Made by a program: the position numbers and the translations under genes | The notes under the pieces: generated by a model | Seen by the model: the letters and a program-made list of their open reading frames with translations, nothing else | What the model was told of the DNA's origin: nothing | Database searches by the model: none | Assembly: GCA_030390025.1 (NCBI GenBank) | Contig: JASTWF010000148.1 | Coordinates: 152,687 to 188,000 of the forward strand | From: Squalus acanthias | Lineage: Eukaryota | Direction of reading: 5' to 3' | Length of the DNA stretch: 35,314 nucleotides | In this document: in pieces, positions 11,548 to 22,384 of the stretch | Numbering within the stretch: the first letter of the stretch is position 1 | How the letters are laid out: every line of letters starts with the position of its first letter

Positions 11548-12376
11548 TTACGGGGATGTAGAGGCGGAAATATATTCACATCGTTTATTGATCCAAGTTA
11601 ACATTATTATATATGCTCTTTTCTTTTCCTTAAAGGATTAATTTGTTCTCTAATTTAATTTTCAATGTATATCTTGTGTTAAGTTAATCCTCCTTTATGA
11701 TCCTCCTATAGTCCGTGTTAGAAAATATAACATTTTTTCCTCAATGTCACACGCTAATTGATTTTGCATCAATTTCTTACGATCCATCATTCGGGAATAA
11801 TATGATGAAATATCGAGGGAGGTTTACTGATTGATATCGATTATTTTAACGATAGGTTTAGATAGCTACTTATTTGGAGACTGTCAAGGGGGCTGGGTAA
11901 GACATCAGAAATGAGTTATAATCTTGTTTATTTATTGTTTTGACTGAACATAATTAACTTGTATCAGTTTCCAGCTAAGAACATTGATTCAGTGTATGCG
12001 TAGGAACAGAATAGAGAAAGTGAAATGTTATGGTATCAGAAATTATTTATTCACTACAATCGGTGGAGACTGAGTCCGTAAAAAAGTGCATTTTAATTCT
12101 ACATTCGTTTATAGCCTGACCTTTTTTGTGCGCTTTAGTTTTGCGTTTGTGTTTATGACGATCTCTTGTTTTGGTTTAGTCTGAGTTTGTGTTAATGTTC
12201 TGTCTGTGTGTGTGTTTCTGTGTGTTTTGTGTAAGGGTGCGTGCGTTTATTTTTGCTATTGTTCAAAGTCTCAGAGATTAACAATAACTGGGTCTGACAA
12301 TGACGGTATGTATTATATTCTCGATATGGGTAATATTCTGTGTCAGTGTGTTAATGTGTGCGTTTATCTGTAAATA

Positions 12377-12464
12377 TGTGTGTGTTTATGTGTAAGTGTG
12401 AACTTACACAAAAACACACACACTCACACAAAACCGCAAACACACTTACACATAAACACACACA
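12377..12464. repeat. Perfect 24-bp inverted repeat with nested hairpin at the TG-to-CA strand switch
   Basis: tgtgtgtgtttatgtgtaagtgtg (12377-12400) vs cacacttacacataaacacacaca (12441-12464); also tgtgtaagt-gtga-acttacaca (12389-12410). Confidence 0.85.
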
Positions 12465-12814
12465 CAATCACTTTTGAACGCATTTTCCCCCGCTCTGTGT
12501 AAATGTGTTCTGTGTGAGACGCAATGTGACGTCAGCCGATGGAATGCAACAATTCAACCGATGGGCCTCAGAACCATCAGGGACAGAACCGTGAGAAACC
12601 CGCAGAGGATTCAATCACCAGTTTAGAATTGGTCAATTAAAAAACAATCTCTTCGTTTTCCAATGATAGGGACAGATTTACCCCAAACACAAGTTAAAGA
12701 TAATATGCTGAATTAATATTTATTTTACATGCGGGAAGTTTAAAGTTTTCGGACACTGAGTTAGAAGCTCACATTTTACTGATGGCAACTGAGCTCATAT
12801 AATAGAGATTGGTT

Positions 12815-15800
12815 CACCTCCCCTCTCTCTGGTGGGCGAGTGGGAGGTACAATGGGTTATCAATTGCCCTTTCCCCTCTCTCTGGTGGGGGAGTGGGAGG
12901 TACAGTGGTTTCACAATTGCCCTTTCCCCTCACTGGTGGGGCAGTGGGGGTACACTGGGTTATCAATTGCCCTTTCCCCTCTCTCTGGTGGGGGAGTGGG
13001 GGTACAGTGGTCAACAATTGCCCTTTCCCCTCTCTCTGGTAGGGGACAGGGGGTACAGTGGGTTAACAATTGCCCTTTCCCCTCTCTCTGGTGGGGGAGT
13101 GGGGGTACAGTGGTCAACAATTGCCCTTTCCCCTCTCTCTGGTAGGGGAGTGGGGGTACAGTGGTCAACAATTGCCCTTTCTCGTCTCTCTGGTGGGGGA
13201 GTGGGGGTACAGTGGGTTAACAATTGCCCTTTCCCCTCTCTCTGGTGGGGAGTGGGAGGAACAGTGGGTTAACAATTGCCCTTTCCCCTCTCTCTGGAGG
13301 GGAGTGGGAGGAACAGTGGGTTAACAATTGCCCTTTCCCCTCTCTGTGGTGCGGGAGTGGGGGTACAGTGGGTTACCAATTGAACTTTCCCCTCTCTCTT
13401 GAGGGGAGTGGGAGGTACAGTGGGTCAACAATTGCCCCTTCCCCTCTCTCTGGTGGGAGAGTGGAGGTACAGTGGGTTAACAATTGCCCTTTCCCCTCTC
13501 TCTGGTGGGCGAGTGGGAGCTACAGTGGGTTAACAATTCCCCTTTCCCCTCTCTCTGGTGGGAGAGTGGGAGGTTCAGTGGGTTAACAATTCCCCTCTCC
13601 CCTCTCTCTGGTGGGGGAGTGGGGGTACAGTGGGTTAACAATTGCCCTTTCCCCTCACTCTGGTGGGGCAGTGGGGGTACAGTGGGTTATCATTTGTCCT
13701 TTCCCCTCTCTGGTGGGGGAGTGGGGGTACAGTTGGTTAACAATTGCCCTTTCCCCTCTCTCTGGTGGAGGACTGAGAGGTACAGTGGGTTAACAATTGC
13801 CCTTTCCCCTCTCTCTGGTGGGGGAGAGGGAGGTACAGTGGGTTAACAATTGCCCTTTCCCCTCTCTCTGGTGGGGGAGTGGGAGGTACAGTGGGTTAAC
13901 AATTGCCCTTTCCCCTCTCTCTGGTGGGGGAGTGGGGGTACAGTGGGTTAACAATTGCCCTTTCCCCCCTCTCTGGTGGGGGAGTGGGAGGTACAGTGGG
14001 TTAACAATTGCCCTTTCCCCTCTCTCTGGTGGGGGAGTGGGGGTACAGTGGGTTAACAATTGCCCTTTCCCCTCTCTCTGGTGGGGAGTGGGGGTACAGT
14101 GGGTTAACAATTGCCCTTTCCCCTCTCTCTGGTGGAGGAGTGGGGGTACAGTGGGTTAACAATTGCCCTTTCCCCTCTCTCTGGTGGGGGAGTGGGAGCT
14201 ACAGTGGGTTAACAATTGCCCTTTCCCCTCTCTCTGGTGGGGGAGTGGGGGTACAGTGGGTTAACAATTGCCCTTTCCCTCTCTCTGGTGGGGGAGTGGA
14301 GGTACAGTGGGTTAACAATTGCCCTTTCCCCTCTCTCTGGTGGGGGAGTGGGAGGTACAGTGGGTTAACAATTGCCCTTTCCCCTCTCTCTGGTGAGGGA
14401 GTGGGGGTACAGTGGGTTAACAATTGCCCTTTCCCCTCTCTCTGGTGGGGAGTGGGAGGTACAGTGGGTTAACAATTCCCCTTCCCCTCTCTCTGGTGGG
14501 GGAGTGGGAGGTACAGTGGGTTAACAATTGCCCTTTCCCCTCTCTCTCTGGTGGAGGATTTGGGGTACAGTGGGTTAACAATTGCCCTTTCCCCTCTCTC
14601 TGGTGGAGGAGTGGTGGTACAGTGGGTTAACAATTGCCCTTTTCCCTCTCTCTGGTGGGGGAGTGGGGGTTCAGTGGGTTAACAATTGCCCTTTCCCCTC
14701 TCTCTGGTGGGTGGTACAGTGGGTTAACAAATGCCCTTTCACCTCTCTCTGGTGGGGGAGTGGGGGTACAGTGTGTTAACAATTACTCTTTCCCCTCTCT
14801 CTGGTGCGGCAGTGGGGGTACAGTGGGTTAACAATAGGCCTGTCACCTCTCTCTTGTGTGGGAGTGGGGGGTTCAGTGGGTTAAAAATTGCCCTTTCCCC
14901 TCTCTCTGGTGGGGGAGTGGGGTTACAGTGGGTTAACAATTGCCCTTTCCCCTCTCTCAGGTGGAGGATTTGGGTTACAGTGGGTTAACAATTGCCTTTT
15001 CTCCTCCCTCTGGTGGAGGATTTGGTGTACAGTGGGTTAACAATTACCCTTTCCCATCTCTCTGGTGGAGGAGTGGGGGTACAGTGGGTTAACAATTGCC
15101 CTTTCCCCTCTCTCTGGTGGGGGAGTGGGGGTACAGTGGGTTAACAATTACCCTTTCCCATCTCTGGTGGGGGAGTGTGGGTACAGTGGGTTAACAATTG
15201 CCCTTTCCCCTCTCTCTGGTGGGAGAGTGGGAGGTTCAGTGGGTTAACAATTGCCCTTTCCCCTCTCTCTGGTGGGTGGTACAGTGGGTTTACAATTGCC
15301 CTTTCACCTCTCTCTGGTGGGGGAGTGGGAGGTACAGTGGGTTTACAATTGCCCTTTCCCCTCTCTCTGGTGGGGGAGTGGGGGTACAGCGGGTTAACAA
15401 TTACCCTTTCCCCTCTCTCTGGTGGGAGAGTGGGAGGTTCAGTGGGTTAACAATTGCCCTTTCCCCTCTCTCTGGTGGGTGTTACAGTGGGTTTACAATT
15501 GCCCTTTCACCTCTCTCTGGTGGGGGAGTGGGGGGTACAGTGGGTTAACAATTGCCCTTTCCCCTCTCACTGGTGGGGGAGAGGGAGGTACAGTGGGTTA
15601 ACAATTGCCCTTTCCCCTCTCTCTGATGGGGGAGTGGCGGTACAGTGTGTTAACAATTACTCTTTCCCCTCTCTCTGGTGCGGCAGTGGGGGTACAGTGG
15701 GTTAACAATAGGCCTGTCACCTCTCTCTTGTGTGGGAGTGGGGGGTTCAGTGGGTTAAAAATTGCCCTTTCCCCTCTCTCTGGTGGGGGAGTGGGAGGTA

Positions 15801-16378
15801 CAGTGGGTTAACAATTGTCCTTTCCCCTCTCTCTGGTGGGGGAGTGGGGGGTACAGTGTGTTAACAATTGCCCTTTCCCCTCTCTCTGGTGGGGAGTGGG
15901 GGTACAGTTGGTTAACAATTGCCCTTTCCCCTCTCTCTGGTGGGGGAGTGGGAGGTACAGTGGGTTAACAATTGCCCTTTCCCCTCTCTCTGGTGGGGAG
16001 TGGGGTACAGTGGGTTAACAATTGCCCTTTCCCCTCTCTCTGGTGGGGGAGTGGGAGGTACAGTGGGTTAACAATTGCCCTTTCCCCTCTCTCTGGTGGG
16101 GGAGTGGGAGGTACAGTGGGTTAACAATTGCCCTTTCCCCTCTCTCTGGTGGGGGAGTGGGGGTACAGTGGGTTAACAATTGCCCTTTCCCCTCTCTCTG
16201 GTGGGTGAGTGAGAGGTACAGTGGGTTAACAATTGCCCTTTCCCCTCTCTCTGGTGGAGGATGTGGGGTACAGTGGGTTAACAATTGCCCTTTCCCCTCT
16301 CTCTGGTGGGGGAGTGGGATGCACAGTGGGTTAGCAATTGCCCTTTCCCCTCTCCCTGGTGGGAAAATGGGAGGTACA
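12815..16378. repeat. 52/53-bp minisatellite, ~68 copies
   Basis: Unit GTACAGTGGGTTAACAATTGCCCTTTCCCCTCTCTCTGGTGGGGGAGTGGG(A)G repeated head to tail with no unique spacers. Confidence 0.97.
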
Positions 16379-17554
16379 CAGACTTGCACACAAACACACT
16401 GACACAGAATATTGCACATACCCAGAATATAATACACACCTTCATTGTCAGACCAAGTTATTTGTACTCCTTGAAACTTTGAACAATAGCGAAAATACAC
16501 ACGCACCCTTTCACAAAACACACACAATCACACACATTAATAAACACACACACCTACACACCCATGAAAACACACATCAACACAAAGGCACTTTCACAAA
16601 ACACGCACACACTTACATGCAAACACACACAGTTAAGCATAAGCACGCACACACGCTTAGACCTAAACATACACAAACACTTACAGATAACCACACACAT
16701 GAACACACTTAAACTTCAATACACACAATTACTCATCAGCACACTTACACGCAACTTTACACGCAGACATCTACACAAACACAGAATTACACATAATCCC
16801 ACATAATTACACATAAGTGCACATGCACAGAATTACACATAAACACACACATTAACACAAACACAGTCGAAACCAGAACAAAAGATAGCATACACATAAA
16901 CGCAAACACTAAAGCAAACAAAACACGTCAGGCTATAGACGAATGTAGAATTAAAATGCACTTTTTTACGGACTCTGTCTCCAACGATTGTACTGAATAA
17001 ATAATTCCTGATACCATAACATCTCACATTTCTCTATTCTGGTCCTACACATACACTGAATCAATGTTCTTGATGAAACTGGCACAAGTTAATTATGTTC
17101 ATAGCATTGCCATAGCAAAATAAATAAACAAGATTATAACTCACATCTGATCTCTTACCCAGCCCCCCTGACAGTCTCCGAATAAGTAGCTATCTAAACC
17201 TCTCGTTAAAATAATCGTTATCCATCAGCAAACCTCCCTCGATATTTCATAATATTATTCCCGAATGATGGATCGTAAGAAATTGATGCAAAATCAATTA
17301 GCGTGTGACATTGAGGAAAAATTTTTATATTTTCTAACACGGACTATAGGAGGATCCTAAAGGAAGAGTGACTGTGGATTTAGGAACAGAGATAGATTGC
17401 TGAGAGTGATTAACTTAACACAAGACAGACATTGAAAATTAAATTAGAGAACAAACTAATAACTTAAGGAAAAGAAAAGAGAATATATAATAATAATATG
17501 ATAACTTGGATTAATAAATGATCTGAATATATTTCCGCCTCTACATCGCCGAAG

Positions 17555-17682
17555 ATTCCTCAGACCACATCTTGATTGAAGACTATGAGGAAGAGAGCGG
17601 CAACATCTGGACAACCGCTTCCACATTCATCATCCTGCTCTTCCTGAGCATTTCCTACAGCGCTGCCGTCACTCTAGTGAAG
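17555..17682 (+). CDS. Immunoglobulin heavy-chain transmembrane exon TM1 (IgM-like; IgW/IgNAR not excluded), open frame
   Basis: Phase-1 exon (x)AT: SSDHILIEDYEEESGNIWTTASTFIILLFLSISYSAAVTLVK. Acidic spacer plus CART-type WTTASTF..LF.S..YS..VT motif. Acceptor gaag at 17554 or in-frame cag at 17563; donor AAG|gtgaga at 17683. Confidence 0.9.
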
Positions 17683-17821
17683 GTGAGAAGATTCAATCCA
17701 CTCACACTTCGATCTGACTGAAGCGGTTTGACAAATCTCTAAAAGTTACTTTGAAATAAACCCTGAGATAAATGCCCAAACCACTAAATCTCTGCTTCAT
17801 TCTTTTATCCCTCTTTTACAG

Positions 17822-17830
17822 GTCAAGTGA
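17822..17830 (+). CDS. IgH TM2 exon (VK*), completing the KVK cytoplasmic tail
   Basis: Polypyrimidine tract tcttttatccctcttttacag|GTCAAGTGA after a 139-nt intron; AATAAA at 17893-17898. Confidence 0.88.
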   Translation, partial: VK

Positions 17831-18589
17831 ACGGTTGAATTTCGGACGCCGTGGATTTTCCTCATCTGTTTATTAACATCTCTGTGTCATGAAAATAAAA
17901 TATGTCCTCTTGGTGATTCTCAGAGTCAAATGTCTTCAGTTAATAGATCCGAATCTGTAGCTGAGAAAATCATAACCGGGATTTCCATCTCTGTGTTTGA
18001 AATGTGTGAGATAATCGTGGCTATAATGGAAATGTATCTTAGAGTTTCACCATTGTTTGAATATTTCATGTGTAAATAAGTCACTTTTCTGGTTCCTAAT
18101 CCACAATTGTTCCCTTCTCTTTATGTAGAGCCCCTGTTTTCTCTCCCTGGTGTCTGTTACAGTTGTACAGATAACTGGCAGCTCAGACCGCCTGTGATCT
18201 GGTCTCAATGTGACGCTCAGTTGTTATATTCACTTTGTGTTAACTTTTTAAAAACTTCTCTGTAAATTGTTCTCTGTGAAATTTAAAAAAAAATCTGGAA
18301 TGACAAATGAACTAACTTGGACTTTGCTGAATTCCTTTCTCCAACTCTCCTCCACACTGCTCCCTTTTCCCTGTCACACTTTGTTTTATTTCCCTGACAG
18401 GTATTTTTCAGCCTTCCTGTCTGGGTTCTGTTTGAACCCGAGTCCCTTCGGTTAAGGAGCCACTGCGCCACCAAGTATCCCATCAGAGTAAAGACACCTT
18501 TATTCCTGCCTTTTCATGTCAAGGCCCAGAGCCCCAGTCACATGCCACGTTCTATTAACAAGCAGTGCTCTGCTCCCTCACAGCCTGAT

Positions 18590-19150
18590 AGATACAGCAC
18601 ATGGCAGAGTAAAACTCTCTCTGCACTTTCCCATCAAACACTCCCAGGGCAGGTACAGCACGCGTTTGATACAAAGTAAAGCGCCCTCAACACTGTCCCA
18701 TCTAACACTCCCAGAGCAGGTACAGCACTGGTTAGATACAGAGCAAAGCTCCCTCTACACTTTCCCATCAAAAACTCCCGGGGCAGGTACAGCACGGGTT
18801 AGATATAGAGTAAAGCTCCCTCTGCACTGACTCATCGAACACTCCCAGGGCAGGTACAGCACGGGTTAGATATAGGGTAAAGCTCCCTCTACACTGTCCC
18901 ATCAAACACTCCCAGGGCAGGTACAGCACGAGTTAGATATAGAGTATAGCTCCCTCTACACTTTCGCATCAAACACTCCCAGGGCAGGTACAGCACGGGT
19001 TAGATATAGAGTAAAGCTCCCTCTACACTGTCCCATCGAACACTCCCAGGGCAAGTACATCACGGGTTAGATACAGAGTAAAGCTTCCTCTACACTGTCC
19101 CATCAAACACTCCCAGGGCAGGTACAGCACGGGTTAGATACAGAGTAAAG
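18590..19150. repeat. 67-bp satellite, ~8 copies
   Basis: Unit GGGCAGGTACAGCACGGGTTAGATAYAGAGTAAAGCTCCCTCTACACTGTCCCATCAAACACTCCCA (starts 18781, 18848, 18915...). About two decayed inverted copies at ~10330-10460. Confidence 0.93.
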
Positions 19151-19391
19151 AACATAAGAACATAAGAACATAAGAAATAGGAGCAGGAGTAGGCCAATCG
19201 GCCCCTCGAGCCTGCTCCGCCATTCAATAAGATCATGGCTGATCTGATCCTAACCGCCAATCTACTATCTATCACAGAACCATCTCCTGCATCTAACAGA
19301 ATTGCACACACGAAATAGGAGCAGAATCAGGCTACACAGTCCCTGGGCCCGCTCCACTACCCACAGGGCCATGACCGATCCGAACCTAGAC

Positions 19392-22342
19392 TCATGTCCA
19401 AATTCCTGCCCGCTCCCCGTAACCCTTAATGCCCTTTACTTCTAGGAAACTGTCTATTTCTGTTTTAAATTTAATTAATGTTGTAGCTTCTACAGCTTTT
19501 TGTGGCAGCATATTCCATGGACCTACCACCCTCTGAGTGAAGTAGTTCCTCCTCATCTCAGTTTTGAAAGAGCAGCCCCTTATTCTAAGACTATGTCCCC
19601 TAGTTCTCGTCTCACCCGTCATCGGGAACATCCTCCCCGCATCCACCCGATCCAACCCCTTCACAATCTTATATGTTTCAATAAGATCGCCTCTCATTCT
19701 TCTGAACTCCAATGAGTAGAGTCCCAATCTACCCAACCTCTCCTCATATGACCACCCCCTCATCCCCGGGATTAACCGAGTGAACCTTTTTTGCACTGCC
19801 TCGAGAGCAAGGATGTCTTTCCTTAAGTAAGGACACCAAAACTGTATGCAGTATTCCAGGTGCGGTCTCACCAATACCTTGTACAACTGAAGCAATACCT
19901 CCCTATTTTTATATTCTATCCCCCTAGCAATGAAAGCCAACATTCCATTTGCCTTCTTAATCACTTGCTGCACCTGCATACTAACCTTTTGAGTTTCGTG
20001 CACCAGGACCCCCAGATCCCTTTGCACTTCAGTACTCTCCAGTTTCTTGCCATTAAGATAATAAATTGCTCTAGGATTTTTCCTGCCAAAGTGCATCACC
20101 TCACACTTTCCAGTGTTGTATTCCATCTGCCAAATCTCTGCCCACTTACTTAGCCTGTCTATGTCCCCTTGCAGGTTTTTTATGTCCTCCTCACTCACTA
20201 CTTTCCCTCCCATCTTTGTATCATCTGCAAATTTTGATATGTTACACTTGGTCCCTTCCTCCAAATCGTTAATATAGATTGTGAAGAGTTGGGGACCCAG
20301 CACTGACCCCTGTGGAACACCACTAGTTACTGATTGCCAGTCTGAGAATGAACCATTTATCCCAACTCTTTGCTTTCTGTTAGATAGCCAATCCTCTATC
20401 CATGCCAGAATATTACCCCCAATCCCGTGATTTTTTACCTTAAGCAATAATCTTTTGTGTGGCACCTTGTCAAATGCCTTTTGGAAGTCTAAATACACTA
20501 CGTCCACTGGTTCCCCTTTATCCACTCTATATGTTACTTCCTCAAAGAACTCCAGCAAATTTGTCAAACATGACTTCCCCTTCGTAAAACCATGCTGACT
20601 TTGTCCTATTAAATTATGATTATCCAAATGTCCTGTTACTGTTTCCTTAATAATGGACTCCAAAATTTTACCTACCACAGATGTTAGGCTAACCGGTCTA
20701 TAGTTACCAGCCTTCTGTCTACTGCCCTTTTTAAATAAGGGTGTTACATTAGCAGTTTTCCAGTCTGCCGGGACCTTAGCGGAATCCAGGGAGTTTTGAA
20801 AAATTATTACCAATGCATCTACAATCCCTACCGCCACTTCCTTCAAGACTCTAGGATGTAAGCCATCAGGTCCAGGTGATTTATCCGCCTTGAGTCCCAT
20901 TATTTTACCGAGTACCACTTCCTTAGTGATTTTGATCGTGTTTAGCTCCTCTCCCCCTATAGCCCCCTGTTTGTCCAGTGTTGGGATATTCTTAGTGTCC
21001 TCTACTGTAAAGACTGATACAAAATATTCATTCAGTGTTTTTGCCATCTCCATATTTCCCACCATTAATTTCCCGGTCTCATCCTCTAAGGGACCAACAT
21101 TTACTTTAGCCACCCTTTTTCTTTTTATATAACTATAAAAACTCTTACTATCTGTTTTTATATTTTTTGCTAATTTACTTTCATAATCTATCTTCCCTTT
21201 CTTAATCAATCTTTTTGTTATTTTTTGCTGCCTTTTAAAGTTTTCCCAATCCTCTGTCCTCCCACTAGATTTCGCTACCTTATATGCCCTTGTTTTTAGT
21301 CGAATACTATCCTTAATTTCTTTACTTAGCCACGGATGACTGTCCTTTCTTTTACACCCTTTTCTTTTCAGTGGAATATATTTTTTTTGGAAGTTGTAAA
21401 ATAACTCCTTGAATGTACACCACTGATCATGTGTCGTCTTACCCTTTAATCTATTTTCCCAATCCACTCTACTCAATTCCGCTCGCATACCTTCATAGTC
21501 TCCTTTATTCAAGCTTAGCACGCTTGTTTGAGATCCAACCTTCTCACCCTCTAATTGAATATGGAATTCAACCATGTTATGGTCACTCATTCCAAGGGGA
21601 TCCTTTACTAGGACATTTTTAATTAATCCTGTCTCGTTACACAGGACCAGATCTAAGGTTGCTTGCCCCCTGGTCGGTTCAGTTACATACTGCTCAAGAA
21701 ACCCATCCCTAATACACTCAATGAACTCATCCTCAAGGCAGCCCTGCCCCATTTGATTTGTCCAATTAATATGATAGTTAAAATCCCCCATAATTATAGA
21801 TGTTCCCTTATTACATGCCTCAACTATTCCTGATTGATACTCCGTCCAATAGAGTTGCAACTGTTCGGAGGCCTATAGACTACGCCCACTAATGTTTTTT
21901 TCCCCTTATTATTCCTTATCTCCACCCAAACTGTTTCATTATCATGATTTTTTGACCCAATATCATTACTCTGTATTACAGTGATTCCTTCCTTTATTAA
22001 CATAGCCACCCCACCTCCCCTTCCTTCCTGCCTGTCCTTCCTGATCGTTAAATAACCTGGTATGTTTAATTCCCAGGCATTGTCACCCTGCAGCCATGTT
22101 TCTGTAATGGCCACAATATCATAACCATATGTAGTTATTTGTGCCATTAACTCATCTATTTTGTTACGAATGCTACGTGCATTCAGATAGAGAACTTTCA
22201 AATATGCTTTGTGGCACTTAGTTCCTGCTTTTTCACTTTTTACCAGTTTACCTTTTACTCCACACACTCTGTCCCTTCCTGCCACGCTCTGATTTGTGAT
22301 TCCCCTACTGCTACCTATGTCTATGACCCTCTCTGTTGTCAT
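19392..22342 (-). CDS. E2 ORF2: APE endonuclease-reverse transcriptase, single frameshift near 21830
   Basis: ORFs 21824-22342 and 19392-21860 join if one A is restored in caggaa(a)tagttg. All endonuclease and RT motifs present (YLDFQKAFDKV, GVPQGSVLGP, FADD). Confidence 0.9.
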
Positions 22343-22384
22343 TTTTATTTTTTGCTCTCTTGAAACCTCCCCCCCACTAATTAG

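Larger units (their letters stand above)
10330..12362 (-). repeat. Left arm of inverted duplication carrying IgH TM exons
   Basis: Reverse complement of ~16385-18700 throughout (e.g. 10881-10950 vs 18145-18215; 11710-11820 vs 17232-17350), with several indels. Confidence 0.92.
16385..18700 (+). repeat. Right arm of inverted duplication carrying IgH TM exons (includes CA-rich tract 16500-16920)
   Basis: Reverse complement of ~10330-12362; has an extra ~300-bp CA-rich block (~16530-16840) and ~40 bp at ~17367-17408, and lacks ~60 bp found at ~10520-10580. Confidence 0.92.

Noticed and set aside
12815-16378. CRISPR-like array, or the many ORFs across the 52-bp repeat
   Set aside because: Head-to-tail units with no unique spacers, no cas genes, vertebrate context. 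The ORFs are frame-cycling by-products of a 52/53-bp unit.
12815-16378. Array of RSS heptamers (TACAGTG in each unit; CACAGTG at 16322)
   Set aside because: The critical first C is missing in nearly all units, and no nonamer lies at 12 or 23 bp spacing.
16338-16806. His/Thr-rich ORFs
   Set aside because: Translations of a CA-rich low-complexity tract.
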